64,000 bases of DNA, taken from Callorhinchus milii. Taxonomy: Eukaryota. The translations under genes and the position numbers were made by a program. The stretch covers positions 2,108,001 through 2,172,000 of the forward strand of contig NW_024704762.1 in the NCBI RefSeq assembly GCF_018977255.1. The letters are read 5' to 3'. Of the stretch, positions 23,296 to 35,460 are shown piece by piece (position 1 is the first letter of the stretch; each line of letters starts with the position of its first letter). Under the pieces are notes generated by a model. That model searched no databases and was not told the DNA's origin. It saw nothing but the letters and a program-made list of their open reading frames with translations.

Positions 23296-23393
23296 CTCAG
23301 GGCACGGAACGTATAGACGAACAGAACCTTCAGAGTTGGATTGCATGAGCGAGAGCAACAGGTCCACAGATAAATGGAAGGAAATGTTCTGAC
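23296..23393 (-). other. Possible coding exon of an unrecognised gene (speculative)
   Basis: Acceptor TGCTTTCTCCTGTCTCATGAATCAG; open frame QNISFHLSVDLLLSLMQSNSEGSVRLYVPCPE; donor GAG|GTACGC. Confidence 0.2.
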
Positions 23394-23510
23394 CTGATTC
23401 ATGAGACAGGAGAAAGCACGGAACCAGAGAAGGCCCCTTTGGGACTGTTAAACCCACTCCTGTCACTGACTGGGTAACGTGAGCTGGATCAGTTGGTAGC
23501 CCAGGTCCTA

Positions 23511-23733
23511 CCTGTAGCTCGGTGGTTAGAGCACTCGCCTCGCAAGCGAGAGGACCCGGGTTCGATTCCCAGGCAAGGCGAAACGTTGGGCAAGTTTCCT
23601 CACTCCACACACACGCCTCTGTTTACCCAGCGGTGAGGAGGAATCTGGCTGCTAGTCGATTGGCGGATCGCTTTTCCTTCAAATTTAAAAAAAATTGGTC
23701 ACTCAATGCACTATTTGTGGGACGCTGCTGTGC
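23511..23733 (+). mobile_element. SINE family A, 3'-truncated
   Basis: TAGCTCGGTGG A box; CTCGC-CTCGCAA-GCGAG arm; GGTTCGATTCCC B box. Confidence 0.88.
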
Positions 23734-23734
23734 A

Positions 23735-23955
23735 TCCTGCTTACCTGATTCTGGAGCATATTAGGTGCAGGTTGGCGAGAGCCAAGACTTGAGGATGCCG
23801 GAGTGTGCGTAGGGTAACTATCAGCATCTAACTATCTAAAATCACACAGCCTTGCCATTGAAGCACTGGCTGGCAAGCTTTTCCACTGCTTGTCCATCAG
23901 GGCTTTGGCCGCAGGGTTAACGGGATGTGAGTGGGAGGTTTCCCTGCCCTCAGTG
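23735..23955. repeat. Unidentified dispersed repeat ('family C')
   Basis: Reverse complement of 9239-9460. Confidence 0.7.
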
Positions 23956-24217
23956 ACTGCTCGGCCCTTCCATGTCCTGCCGATGAGCCGGGCTGGGCTG
24001 TGCTGTCATCAGCAGTGAGTGCCCCGGGACACTCCGTATCCACCTGGCGCAGGACCCAGACTAGAGACCGGCACAGGGGGTTTGGCTCGATTTGACTCAT
24101 TGCCAAACATGGAGCCATTTCAGCTCCAGGAGATAGAAGTTACCCCTCCCCCAAAGGACAGATATAACTTGCATATAGATATGAGCAAAAGGAAGAGAGA
24201 GAGAGAGAGGTGACCAT

Positions 24218-24630
24218 ACAACAACAACATCAGAAAACAACAATAAAATTACATTTGTAAAGCGCCTTTCACGTCAGGAGGACGTCTCAAGGTGCTGAGC
24301 AGTCGGGGATCAGGACCCGAATGTGGGGGGTGTGGAGCAGGGTTGGGGTGAGGGAGGGCAGAAGGAGTAGGAGGGCGGCTGAAGGCCCGGTCGAAAAGGA
24401 GGGTGTTGAGTTGTGCCTTGAAGGAGGCGAGAGAGGGAGCGAGCGAGGTGAAGGGATTGCGGGATGGAGTTCCAAAGGGTGTGGGCAGAGAGGCTGAAAG
24501 TCCGGTTGCCGATGGTAGGACGGGTTGGGTGGGAGACCTGGAGCAGGCGGGAGCCTGCTGAGTGGAGGGAACGGACAGGTTAATAGGGGGTCAGCAGGTC
24601 CGAGAGGTAGGAGGGGGGCAAGGCCGTGCA
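24218..24630 (-). mobile_element. L2 LINE 3' end
   Basis: HGLAP and LWNSIP motifs on the minus strand, stem-loop, (AAC)n tail. Confidence 0.85.
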
Positions 24631-25322
24631 TTTATATAGTGCCCTTCACACCGGGTGACATCTCGGAGCGATTCATACATGGCAGGATTTAACGACAGAT
24701 GTGGAGGGAGGAAGCAGAAAGATAGAGGTGGAAGGAGGTTCCAGCGATTAGGAGATTAGGAAGACTCGGCCACTGATGGCTGTAGGGAGGAAGGGAGGGA
24801 GGGAGGGAGGGAGGGAGGGGAAGAACCCCAGGCCCGAATTAGCTGAATGGAAGGTGTCAAGCGGAGGAGGAAGGTCAGACGAGACCGGAGAGAAATGACG
24901 GAGAAACAGCCAACACATCGACGGATCCTCCGATCACTTCGCTGTTGACGACACGCAGAAAGTGGAGCAAATATAATCAGCAGCTTCTCATCGATCGATT
25001 AGACAAGCGGCAGTTCATCATCGAACTGCCGTCAACTCGGTGAGTCACAGCGGCTGAAAGGACAGGAGAAAATATATCAGCAGCTTTCGCCACGCAAGCA
25101 ATAAAATACAATTACTGCAGCATGAATCTCGCTTACGGACTGAAGCCCTGACAAGTCAACTGCACGAACACGGGCTGGGAAATGTAATGCTTCCTTGCTG
25201 GAATGAACTGCGAGGGATTGTGTGAGTGCTCTCATCACATGGTATTAAACAGGAGAGTTGTGTTCTGACGTTCTGGATTCTCAGCACGTTCTACATCCTT
25301 CAGCTCCCCAGGATTAAAATTC

Positions 25323-25790
25323 AGTGTCTCAGCCTGGCTCAGGCGTTATCACTCGCGCCCCCCCCCCCCCCGAGTCAGAGGGTTGTGGGTTCAAGCCCCC
25401 AACCACTCGGTCCTGGGTAGATGTTTAAACGCAGTGATGTCCTTCGGATGAGACGTTAAACCCGAGCTCCCGTCTGCCAGTCCGGGTGGACGTCAAAGAT
25501 CCCGTGGCTCTATTCGAAATGAGAAGGGGGTTACTCCCCCTACCCCCCCCACCCCCATGCCCAGGCCAGCTATTCCCCCAAGTAAGACTCACTTCATGTC
25601 ATTTCAATTCATGGCTGTTTTGCAGGACTTTGCTGCGCGGATATTGACTGCTGCGTTCACCAACAAAATACACATAGCCGCACCACTTCAATACACTCTG
25701 CGGTATATCGTGTGAAGCGCTTCGAGATGTCTTGATGCCGTGATGAGGTGCTGTATCAAACCCCAGGAATATTATTATTATTGTTGTTGT
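25323..25790 (+). mobile_element. Deu-domain SINE (family B)
   Basis: Head GTGTCTCAGCCTGGCTCAG, Deu block, tail. Confidence 0.82.
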
Positions 25791-26039
25791 TTTATTATAA
25801 AATGCTGCCTCTTGTCCGTACCTCACAGGTTGCACTGTCTCCAGTTAAGATTAACATTGAGGCTCACTTGTCAAAGACAAACAGCTGGAGAGCCAGATGT
25901 TACAAGTGCCTGTATGTGTTGTGTGTGTATGTGTGTGCGTGCATGGGGGGGTGGGGAGGTCAGGGAAGTGGGACTAAATCGTGTCAGCTTGGTTTAGTCG
26001 CTAACATTATCGCATTTGAGTCACCAAACCAGTAACCCA

Positions 26040-26225
26040 GGCGTCTGGTTCAACCACCGGACCAGGTTGGTTCCCCAGCTGTCCTTCCTTCCCCCACATC
26101 CGGTCCCTGACCAGCACCGCTTTCTTCCACCTCTGCCACATTCCCCACCTCTGACAATATCCCACCCAAAAGCTGCCGAAGCCCTCGTCCCGTGCCTTTG
26201 TCACCTCTCGCCTGGACTACTCTAA
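26040..26225 (+). mobile_element. L2 ORF2 internal fragment
   Basis: PQLSFLP(P)HI, AFFHL, AAEALV and SRLDYSN motifs. Confidence 0.75.
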
Positions 26226-26760
26226 CGACCTCCTGTGAACAAAATGGCTGCCGTGTTTTGCCATCAATTGACTTGACCGCCTTGAGGTGTTGTTTACATT
26301 ACAGTATCAAACGGAAGGATTTTCGTATTATTAAAATACCAACAGCTTCAGGAGGATATATGAGTCCATGTTTGGGGAAGCAATTAATTAGCCAGGTTTC
26401 CCGCAGCAAATTTGTTTATCCGAAAAAGGGATTTAAATTTCCAATTTTCACGGGGAGAATTAAGATCCTGGATGCAACGAGGGGGTGGGGTGGGGGTGGG
26501 GGGGAGCTGAGTATTTTTTTTGCGGTTAGTAAATGAGAAGAAGTTTTTTAAAATCCTCAGTTTTAGACCATTTCTGAGCAATCAATCAATGGTCCATTTT
26601 CAATCTTTCTTTTCTGTTTCCCTGTTCCCACCCCACCACCTCACGAGGGACAAAAAGGAGGCCGGTGGATCGGGAGGCGGGGGGGGAGGTAAGCAGGTAG
26701 GAGAGGTATGGAGGTGACAGGGCGTGAGGGGATTTGAAGAGGAGTGAGAGGCATTAGGTT

Positions 26761-26908
26761 GTGTCCCTCCAGGGAGAGGGAGCGCATTCCACTCCAGCCA
26801 TCTATCTCTGGGACTTCCCATGTGTAAGTGGGACACATGGGATTCTCAGCTCGGTTTGGAGACTCTCAAGCAACGGTGATGGGTCTCTGCATGTGTCAGA
26901 CACCCGCT
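26761..26908. repeat. Unidentified dispersed repeat ('family C'), terminal part
   Basis: GGGATTCTCAGCTCGGTTTGGAGACTCTCAAGCAACGGTGATGGG matches ~9552-9600. Confidence 0.75.
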
Positions 26909-27334
26909 GACCAAAAGAGAAACTGAGCGCAGACAGGACTAGTTCTCCGCAAGGATCAGTCAAATCATTGTCAGTGCTATGTTCAACAAGCCCCAGCCCT
27001 CAGCCTGTGCTAACAGCCTGAACTGTTACCGTGGATACAACTGAACGAGCCTGAAATCAATCAAACACTGTGGTTTATTCCCACCAACAACTTCAGGTTT
27101 TACACAGTGCTACTCCAAGCAGAAAATAATTGAGTGGAGAGGAGGTGTTGGATCGGAGGGGGCGATCAAGTTAATATTTATCCTTCAAGACACAGTCTCC
27201 AGGTTCCTGATGAAGTTCAATAGGGAAGGCACCGGTACAAGATTTCCTTACAGCTGTCAGCTTCCAAGAATACACTCCACTGGCTTCAGTGTGCACTCAA
27301 TGAGTCTTCATGTTATTATTGTTAATATGTTATA

Positions 27335-27740
27335 TTATTAATCCTTGCAGTTGATAGCGTGCCTTTCACACGTCTCAAACCCCTTCACTGGATTTTTACA
27401 GTAAAGTGTAGTGACTGTTTATTTTGTAGGGGCAGGTGGCAGCCAATTTGTCATGGTGACGTCCCACAAGCGAGTGGAGTGAGCGGCCCATTTCATGTGG
27501 GGGGGGGATTGTCGGCTGGGATGTCCACCTGAGCAGGGCACAGATGGGACCTAGGGGTTAACATCTCTGAAAGATGGTACCTCTGACAATGCAGCGTTCC
27601 CCACCCCACATCCCCCACCCCCAGCGCTGTGCTGGAATGTCAGCCTAGACTGTGAGCTCAAAGTCCCTGATGTGGAGCTTGACCCCCTACAACCTTCTGA
27701 CTCGGAGGCGAGAGCGCAACTGCCCGAGCCAAGGCTTCAC
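27335..27740 (-). mobile_element. Deu-domain SINE (family B)
   Basis: Head, Deu block and tail on the minus strand. Confidence 0.8.
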
Positions 27741-28313
27741 TTAACAACAGATTCCAGTCGCAACTCATTGAAATATGTCTTTCTCCTCTCATCCTCCACC
27801 ATCATATTCCTGCCGTTATCACTACCACAAAGAAGACATCTTGTGACAAAGGGCAGTTGGCTTGCTTCTAGCTGTTAAGACGATTCATTTGCATAAATTA
27901 ATCTTGGTTCCAATTTTGCGACTTAATTTGCTGCCAATGGCACTGCCTCGCTTCTGAGGAGCGTAGATTGTAAATGGCTCAGTATTAAGATGATTTACCA
28001 CCCAGGGCCCTCCACCACCACCTGAGATACTGGTTTCTTTCCGCAGCTTGTGTTGGAGTGGTTAAATCGCCTTCCAGTTTAATTAAGATTAATGCTGGAA
28101 AATATGTTGGGTTTTTTTTTTCTCCGATAGACACTGCCTTAAGTCCATTTCATGCGCCACTTAAACAAAAATCTGCTACGTTGACAAATGTCACCTTGAC
28201 AAGATAATTTGGAAGGAATTTTGTGACTCAAGCGGGTTTGTTAAGGTACAGAATTCATCTACAAATGGGCATTCTAGAGGCTTGGAATTTTGTCTCCAAA
28301 TTTTAGTGCAATA

Positions 28314-28572
28314 AGTTTCCTTACCAGACAAGCCTCTGTTTATCTAGCAGTGCGTAGGAACCCGATTGTCAGTTGATTGGCGGATCGCTTTTCCGGGGTT
28401 AATAATCCTTTCAAAATATATATTTTTAAAAAATAATAATAATTTGGTCACTCAATCCACAACTGTTTGTGGAACACTGCTGTGTGGAATTGGTTGCCAC
28501 GTTTTGCCCACAAAGTACATGATCGATTTACTTTACAGTTACAGTATCCTGTGAAGCGCTTTGAGATGTCTT
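28314..28572 (+). mobile_element. SINE family A, 5'-truncated
   Basis: AAGTTTCCTTAC...GCCTCTGTTTATCTAGCAGT body through GAAGCGCTTTGAGA. Confidence 0.8.
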
Positions 28573-29411
28573 GGGTTGTCTATGTAGAGATGATTGATCA
28601 TCAGCGAACGTGATATAAAGCCAGCTCTTTTCTGGGCTGTGTTCGAGGTCTGTCTTGACCTAAAGATTTAAAGATCTATCCCTCGACACTGGCTCATTCC
28701 ACTTCCCAGCCTCCCACTGCACTGCGGGAATAAATCAGGATATTCCCAGCGTTAATTCCACAGTGAAACAGAGCTGGATATCTTTCCCGGCTTAAATGTG
28801 AGGTGTGGATGAAGCCATTTATTAAACGCAGAGGAACCTAGACAGAGCCAGTGATTTATTAATAACTAAGCAATTCATCAGTTCTCCCAGCTCCTTATTT
28901 GTCAAGGTTTTTTCCTTCACTTAAGTTACCCGTGTTTTGTCCAATTTATACAGTGAACCGAACGTTATTCTTTACCCAGAGGCTAATTAACAGCAACAAC
29001 AAATTATATTCATATAGCGCCTGTCTGACACCCTCTGAATTTCACACGGTGAGATCATGGAATATCAAAATCTAAAAATAAAACCCATCTGGTGGCTTTG
29101 GGGAATTCTGGGCTGGATATGGTTTGATTACGTTTCATAAATCTTCCAAGTTACATCAAGTTCAAAATGTGTTCACACACGCACAATTTCCCTCCCTCCT
29201 CCCCTCCACCAATCCCCCTTCCCCCCCTCTCCCAAATCCCCCGCTCCCCCCCCAACTGCTTTTCCGATTGTTTGAACCACAAGTAAATTAAACCATTTAC
29301 AGAACCATTTCAGTGGTAATTTTGCTTGATGAGTTCCACATGCAGTTGCGTATGTGACATAAGAATGTAAGGCGGGATGGGAAAAGTCTATGGAATCTCA
29401 TTCCTCTTTTA

Positions 29412-29915
29412 TGTCAGTCTGGCTCAGTCGGCCTCAGTCTCGCCTCTCGCTCGGAGGATTCCTCTCCCCCCACATCAGGAGCTTTGGCACGTTCCAGGTC
29501 CCATTGCACTGTTTCAAAAAGAGAAGAGAGTTTCTTCCAGTGGCCAACAATCCCCCAGATGATAATACTACTAATAATAATCCTTGGATTTGATGTAGCG
29601 CCTTATCATGTCTTCAAGACATCTCAAAGCGCTTCACAGAATATAATGTGAAGTGAATTTTGTGGGCGAAACACGGCAGCCAATTACGTCCCCACAGACA
29701 GTCGTGGATTGAATGAATAAGTTTTTTTAACAAAAAATTGGAAGGAATTATTACCAGATAAATGTGATCATTCACTTCATGGCTGTTCGTGGAACATTGC
29801 TGGGTGCAAATTGGTTGTTGTGTTCCTCTACAAATATACAGTTTACTTTACAGTAAATCCCATGAAGCACTTTTTCCTGTCATGAAATACGCTGTATCAA
29901 CACCAAAATTATTAT
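29412..29915 (+). mobile_element. Family B SINE with an antisense family A copy nested at ~29570-29755
   Basis: B breaks after CCCCCAGAT and resumes at CCAGATAAATGTGATCATTCAC. Confidence 0.75.
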
Positions 29916-30114
29916 TTTAAGGGTTATTATTGTAATGATTCTGGTTATTATTATTCTTATTCTAAAGATAATTATAAACCTACAAATGTTATTATTATTA
30001 TTTCATGTTATTACAGTATAAGTCCCCTGGTAGAGGTAGTTTCTAAGTAGTTGTCAGTGTTGGGTCAGCGAGACCAATAATATTGCCACGTTACATATAA
30101 ATGGATGCAATGCA

Positions 30115-30405
30115 AAATGACATTTATGTAGTGCCTTTCACGTCAGAAGGACATCACAAGGCACTGGACAGTCAGGTATCTGGACCCAAGCAGCGGAGGG
30201 GCTGGTGAGGAGGGGCTGTTGGGATCAGGAGGGGTGGATGGCAGGGAGGTGGGGGTAGGAGGCTGGGGGTAGGAGGATGGACAAAGGCATGGTCGAAGAG
30301 GATGGTTTTGACACAGGCCTTGAAGGAGGCAAGGGAGGGGGGCGAGGAGAAGGGAATGTGGGATGGAGTTCCAAAGGGTGGGGGCGGGAGGCTGAAGGCC
30401 CGGAT
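30115..30405 (-). mobile_element. L2 LINE 3' end
   Basis: RAFSL and SFKACVKTILFDHAF on the minus strand; terminal stem-loop. Confidence 0.85.
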
Positions 30406-30526
30406 GTCACTTTTCTTAGTGCGTCTGAACTGCAGGAGCTTGGTATTTTGTTCACCAGGTATTTTGTTAAGCCATTTCTGAATAGTCTTATTCACAGTCC
30501 CACTTGATGATTATAGGAACTGTGCT

Positions 30527-30563
30527 TGATGATGATGATGATGATGATAGTGATGATGATGAT
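30527..30563. repeat. (GAT)n microsatellite
   Basis: Seen directly. Confidence 0.95.
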
Positions 30564-30581
30564 GGGGTGTGGAAACATTTC

Positions 30582-30915
30582 ATATCCCCCGCCCAGCCCG
30601 CCGCACCATCCCCGGTCAGGCCTTCAGTCTCTCTGCTCCCCCAAACCCGACCTTTGGAACTCCATCTCACATTCCCTACACCTCGCCCCCTCCCTTACCT
30701 CCTTCAGAATGTGTCCCACGACCCTCCTCTTCGACCACACCCATGGCCACCCTCCTACCCTCCCTGATCCCACACCCCCCACCCACCTCCTGCCCGCTCG
30801 GTCCAAATCTCTGACTGTCCAGCGCCTTGGGACATAACAGACACTTTACAAATATAACTTTGTATTGTATTGTATTGTATTGTATTGTATTGTATTGTAT
30901 TGTATTGTATTGTAT
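30582..30915 (+). mobile_element. L2 LINE 3' end with a (TGTAT)n tail
   Basis: HIPRPARRTIPGQAFSL...LWNSI; (TGTAT)n at 30860-30915. Confidence 0.85.
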
Positions 30916-31207
30916 TATTTCATTCGGAAACAAAAATGTTGGGTGAGATCGGAGCAGAAAATTTGAAATGAAAGGAGTGATCTCTGCAGAACAAATGGAT
31001 AGAGCAGAGAATGATTGTATAGAGAGAGGGAAGTTCAGTCGAGTCGGCTGACAGAAAGCTCCAGGAACCAGGCAATAATTTACACAGAGAACCATCTATT
31101 AGCCAACATTAAATCAATTCCAACATTCCTTCCCCTTCACAGTGGGAAACACATTAAAACATTTTTTTCATTGACTTAACAGCAGCTGTTATTCTTTCCG
31201 AGAATTG

Positions 31208-31705
31208 AGTGTCAGCCTGGCTCAATCTCTCGCCTCGGAGTCAGAAGATTGTGGGGTGAAGTCCCATGTTTGGGGTTTTGGACTCACACAGTTTAAGACG
31301 ATGCTCCTGTCCAGCGCTGGTGGATGTGTTGCATTGTCAGAGGTGCCGTCCTTCATTAAACCGAGGTCTCGTCCAGCTGTTCAGGTAGATGTTAAAGATC
31401 CCGTGCGCTACTGTGTACTAATGCTACTATAATAATTCTTGCATTAAGCGCCTTATCACGTTATTGAGGCGTCTCAAAGCGCTTCACAGAATAGAGTGTA
31501 AAGTGGATCGACTGTATATTTTGTGGGTGAAACACAGCAGCCAATTGCGCACAGCAGCGTCCCCACACAGAGTCGTGGATTGAAGTGACCCCATTTTTTT
31601 TTTGCAGGGATTATTACCACCAGAAAACAATTTGCCAATTGAGTAACAACCGGGTTCCTATTTACTGGGTAAACAGAGGCACGTGGTGTAAGGAAACTTG
31701 CCTAA
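31208..31705. mobile_element. Family B SINE 5' half (+, 31208-31412) followed by a family A SINE (-, 31428-31705)
   Basis: B head and Deu block, then an antisense A tail and body. Confidence 0.8.
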
Positions 31706-32024
31706 ATGCTTGGATTACTTCTCTCTGCCTCTTGTTGTGAGCGGGACATCACTGGACAGATCAGTGCTTTGTTTGCCTCATAAAAACACTGTACATTACA
31801 TCCGAGATGATTATTGATTTCCAGATCACAGCCCTGTGCTTGGCTGTGTTGTTAGTATTCAGTCCCATCAAGTCCTGACCATGAAAGGCACAATATAAAT
31901 GCAAGTTATTGTTGTTGTCAGGACCTCAAACAAACATGGAGTCACTTCTCCCGTTTATCCTGGCTGATATTCCCCCTTCCCCACCCCTTTTTGCTTCCCA
32001 AAATTCACATCAAGCGGTCGCTCA

Positions 32025-32340
32025 TAATAATAATCCTCACGTTTAATATAGCGCCATATCATGTCGTCGAGACATCTCAAAGTGCTTCACAGAATATTAC
32101 TGTAAAAACATAATTAAAACGATAATAAATTAGTCACTCAATCCACGACTGTTTGTGGGACACTGCTGTGCGCAATTGGCTGCCGCATTTCACTCACAAA
32201 ATATAGAGTCAATTCACTTTACAGTGTATCCTGTGGAGCGCTTTGAGACGTCACGAAGACGTGATAAGGCGCTGTAACAAACACAAGGATAATAATTATT
32301 ATTATAAAGTGAATTGACTGTATATTTTGTGGGCAAAGCT
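32025..32340. mobile_element. Nested SINE 3' fragments: a plus-strand copy (32128-32303) inside a minus-strand copy
   Basis: The minus-strand tail breaks at ACTGTA and resumes at AAAGTGAATTGACTG after the plus-strand copy. Confidence 0.75.
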
Positions 32341-32796
32341 CCATCTCCACAGGACATCGCTGGCACAGATTAGCTGCTGCTTTTAAATTTGTAACAACAT
32401 TCAATTCATTTCCGATCAATTATAATACAATAAACCTTGCATTTGATGCAGCGCTTTGCCACTTTGCGGGTCACTGTGTATTTGTAGGTGAAAGCGGGAG
32501 CCAATTTGCACATAACAAGGTCCTACAAATTTGGATATTATATCTTGGAAAGCATTTCAAGGCTGTTCGTTTTTACGCCGTATATGACAAGTTATGATTG
32601 TCTGAGGAACATTAAAATCCTCGTGACTCGAATTCATTTTACATCCCAGAAGGACATTGTGCGGAGAATAAAAGAGAACATGCATCCTAGCCTGGCAGTC
32701 CTGTGACAACGCTCACTCCCACACTAGAGCCGCCTCTGAATTCATAGAGTTTCGGCTTTCACTCCAGTACAGGGCTGGGGGGTTACTCTGCATTGT

Positions 32797-33133
32797 GGAG
32801 TCCCGTAGCTCAGTGGTTAGAGCATTTGCCTCGCGAGCGAGAGGACCCGGGTTCGATTCCCGGCAGGGCGAAACCTTAGGCAAGTTTCCTTACTTCAACC
32901 GCCTCTGTTTACCAGCAGGAAGTAGGAACCTGGTTGTTAGTTGATTGGAGAATAGCAATAATTTTTCAATTTTTAAAAAAAGATGATTTGGTCGCTCAAC
33001 CCACGACTGTTTGTGGGACGCTGCTGTGCGCAATTGGCTGCCGCGTTTCCCCCACAAAATATACAGTCGATTCACTTCACACTATACTCTCGAAGATGTG
33101 ATAAGACGCTATATCAAATGCAAGGATTATTAA
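32797..33133 (+). mobile_element. SINE family A, full length, inserted in a family B remnant
   Basis: GGAGTCCCGTAGCTCAGTGG head; flanked by ATTGT on both sides; host reads CTGCATTGT|CCTTCGGATGA. Confidence 0.9.
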
Positions 33134-33484
33134 TATTGTCCTTCGGATGAATGGGGGGAGTGGAGAGGGGGGAGGGGAGAGGGCGGTGGGGGACGTTGGG
33201 AGAGGAAGAGGGAGAAGGCTAATATATTTCATGGTCCCGTCTTAACTCTTGACCGTTGGACTCAGTTTCAGGGTCAGTGAAGAACCACCCGTTGATTGGT
33301 ATATTTACTGAGCCCGACTGAGTTTAGAGATTGTCACTATTCCCAGAAAGAATTTGTATCGTTATTCACAATTCCTTCCGTTCTGGGGCCTTATTGGGTG
33401 TCAGCCTGGCTCAGTTGGGAGCAATCTCGTCTTGGAGTCAGAAAGCCGAGGCTTCAAGCTTCTCCACCCCTGGAGCTTCCAACT

Positions 33485-33930
33485 TTGTATTTGATGCAGC
33501 CTCTTATCACATCGCCGAGATGTCTCAAACCCTTCACACTTCGCGATCTCAATCGATGACTGTTTGTGGGACACTGCTGTCTGCAACTGCCTGCCACGTT
33601 TCGCCCACAAGACCGTTCACTTTGCAGAGTATTCTGTGAAGAGCTTTGAGACGTCTCAACAACGTGATAAGGCGCTATATCAAATGCAAGAATTATTATT
33701 ATATTATAGTTATTCACTGCAAAGGGGTAGTGAATGTACATTTTGTAGGCGAACGTGGCAGCCAATTTGTGCACAGCAAACTTCGCACAAACAGACACAA
33801 AAGAAAGGAACGGCCAATTTTATCCGGGGGATTGTTGGCCAGGACACGGGGGGAGAGAGAGAATCTCCCTTCTCTTTTTGAACAGATCTTTAACACCCAC
33901 CTGAACAGGCACAGACGGGGCCTCAGTTTA
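33485..33930 (-). mobile_element. Family B SINE (-) with a nested plus-strand SINE 3' half at ~33550-33710
   Basis: Tail, interruption, then the Deu block on the minus strand. Confidence 0.75.
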
Positions 33931-34711
33931 ACTGACTGCAAAGTGCAGGTGTCGAAGGCAGACTGTGTGCATGCCTAATTAGGTGCATATTGGCTCCCAA
34001 ATGAACTGTATAAACACTCTTTCTTTTAATCATTCCCCAGCGCAATTCTTTTCCTACGTGCTCGATAATGCATTCCTCAGCGATAAAACCTTTCCTCCCT
34101 CCCTCCTTCTCTTCCTCCTTCTCTCTCTTCCTCCCTCCCTCAATTCCCCCTTCCCTCCATCCCAGTCGTGATCACAAGCAATGCCAATTAGCAGTGTGTT
34201 GCTGATGGCAGCTTCTCTGAGCCGCACACACGGTACAGTTTTCTCATCTGTTATGCCATTTCAGTTGCTATATTCCCAGTTCATCCCTTTCAGTTCACAG
34301 GGATGATTCATTGCACATCACACAGTGAGTCTCCAGGCTGTTGTGTGAAGGACATTGGGGCAAAACCAATTTACAAAAAGAATGCAATGTTTTTTTTTAA
34401 TGCTCATTATAAATATGAATTAATGTTTTCTCGTTTTCTCCCCCCTCTCCCCCCCTCCTCCCCCAAAGTATTCCGAAATTCTCAGCAGGATCTCTCTTTT
34501 GAAATCGGGGAGAAAAATTACTTTATCGCCTGTTTAGCCAGCGCATTGTGCCAAAATGTGTCATAAATTTCATGAATGACCTTTCGAGAATCCGACCGAC
34601 TGTACAGGGATGTGTAGTAATGGTTCCACACACAGAGCTGGGAAGCCAAATATTTTAACAGATGTTCTGTGGTCCCTCAGCAATTGTAGTAGTCAGAAAA
34701 AATTAGGGAAG

Positions 34712-35400
34712 CAGAGAGAGAGAGAGAGTGAGAGAGTCAGAGACACAGAGAGAGACAGAGATAGAGTCAGGCAGAGAGTCAGAGAAACACACAGAAATAC
34801 AGAGAGAAGGAGCGAGAAAGTCAGAGAGTCAGAGAGACAGAAGTCAGAGATAGGGAGAGTGAGAGACAGAGAGATAGAGAGTCAGCCAGAGAGTCAGAGA
34901 CATAGAGAAAAAGAGAAGGAAAGGGAGGGAGAGAGAAAGAGAGGGACAGAGAGAGAGGGAGAACTAGAGAGGCACAGAGAGAGGGAGAACTAGAGAGACA
35001 GAGAGAGAGGGAGAGAAGGAGAGATAGAGAGAGAGTGAGAGAGAGAGAGAGAGAGAGATACATATAGAGAGACTGAGAGTCAGAGAAACAGAGAGTGTGA
35101 CAGAGAGAGACACACAGAGAGAGGGAAAAGAGATAGAGTGCAAATGATAGAGACCGAGAGTGAAAGAGACGGGAGTGGCAGAGAGAGGGAGAGCAACTGA
35201 GAGAGCGAGACAGGAGAGAGAAAACAAGAGAGGTGGAGAGCAAGAGAGACAGAGCCAGAGGGGAAACAGAGAAACATAGAAATAATGAGAAGAGAGAGGT
35301 AGAGAGAAGGAGAGCGAGCGAGGGGAAAAATGAGAGACATGGAGAGAGAGGCAAAGAGCAGAGACAAAGAAAGAGAGAGCGCGAAGGAGAGAGGGGCAAG

Positions 35401-35432
<32 letters not shown>

Positions 35433-35460
35433 ATGAACGAGCCAGAGACAAAGAAAGAGC
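34712..35460. repeat. GA-rich degenerate microsatellite / polypurine tract, ~750 bp
   Basis: Seen directly. Confidence 0.95.
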
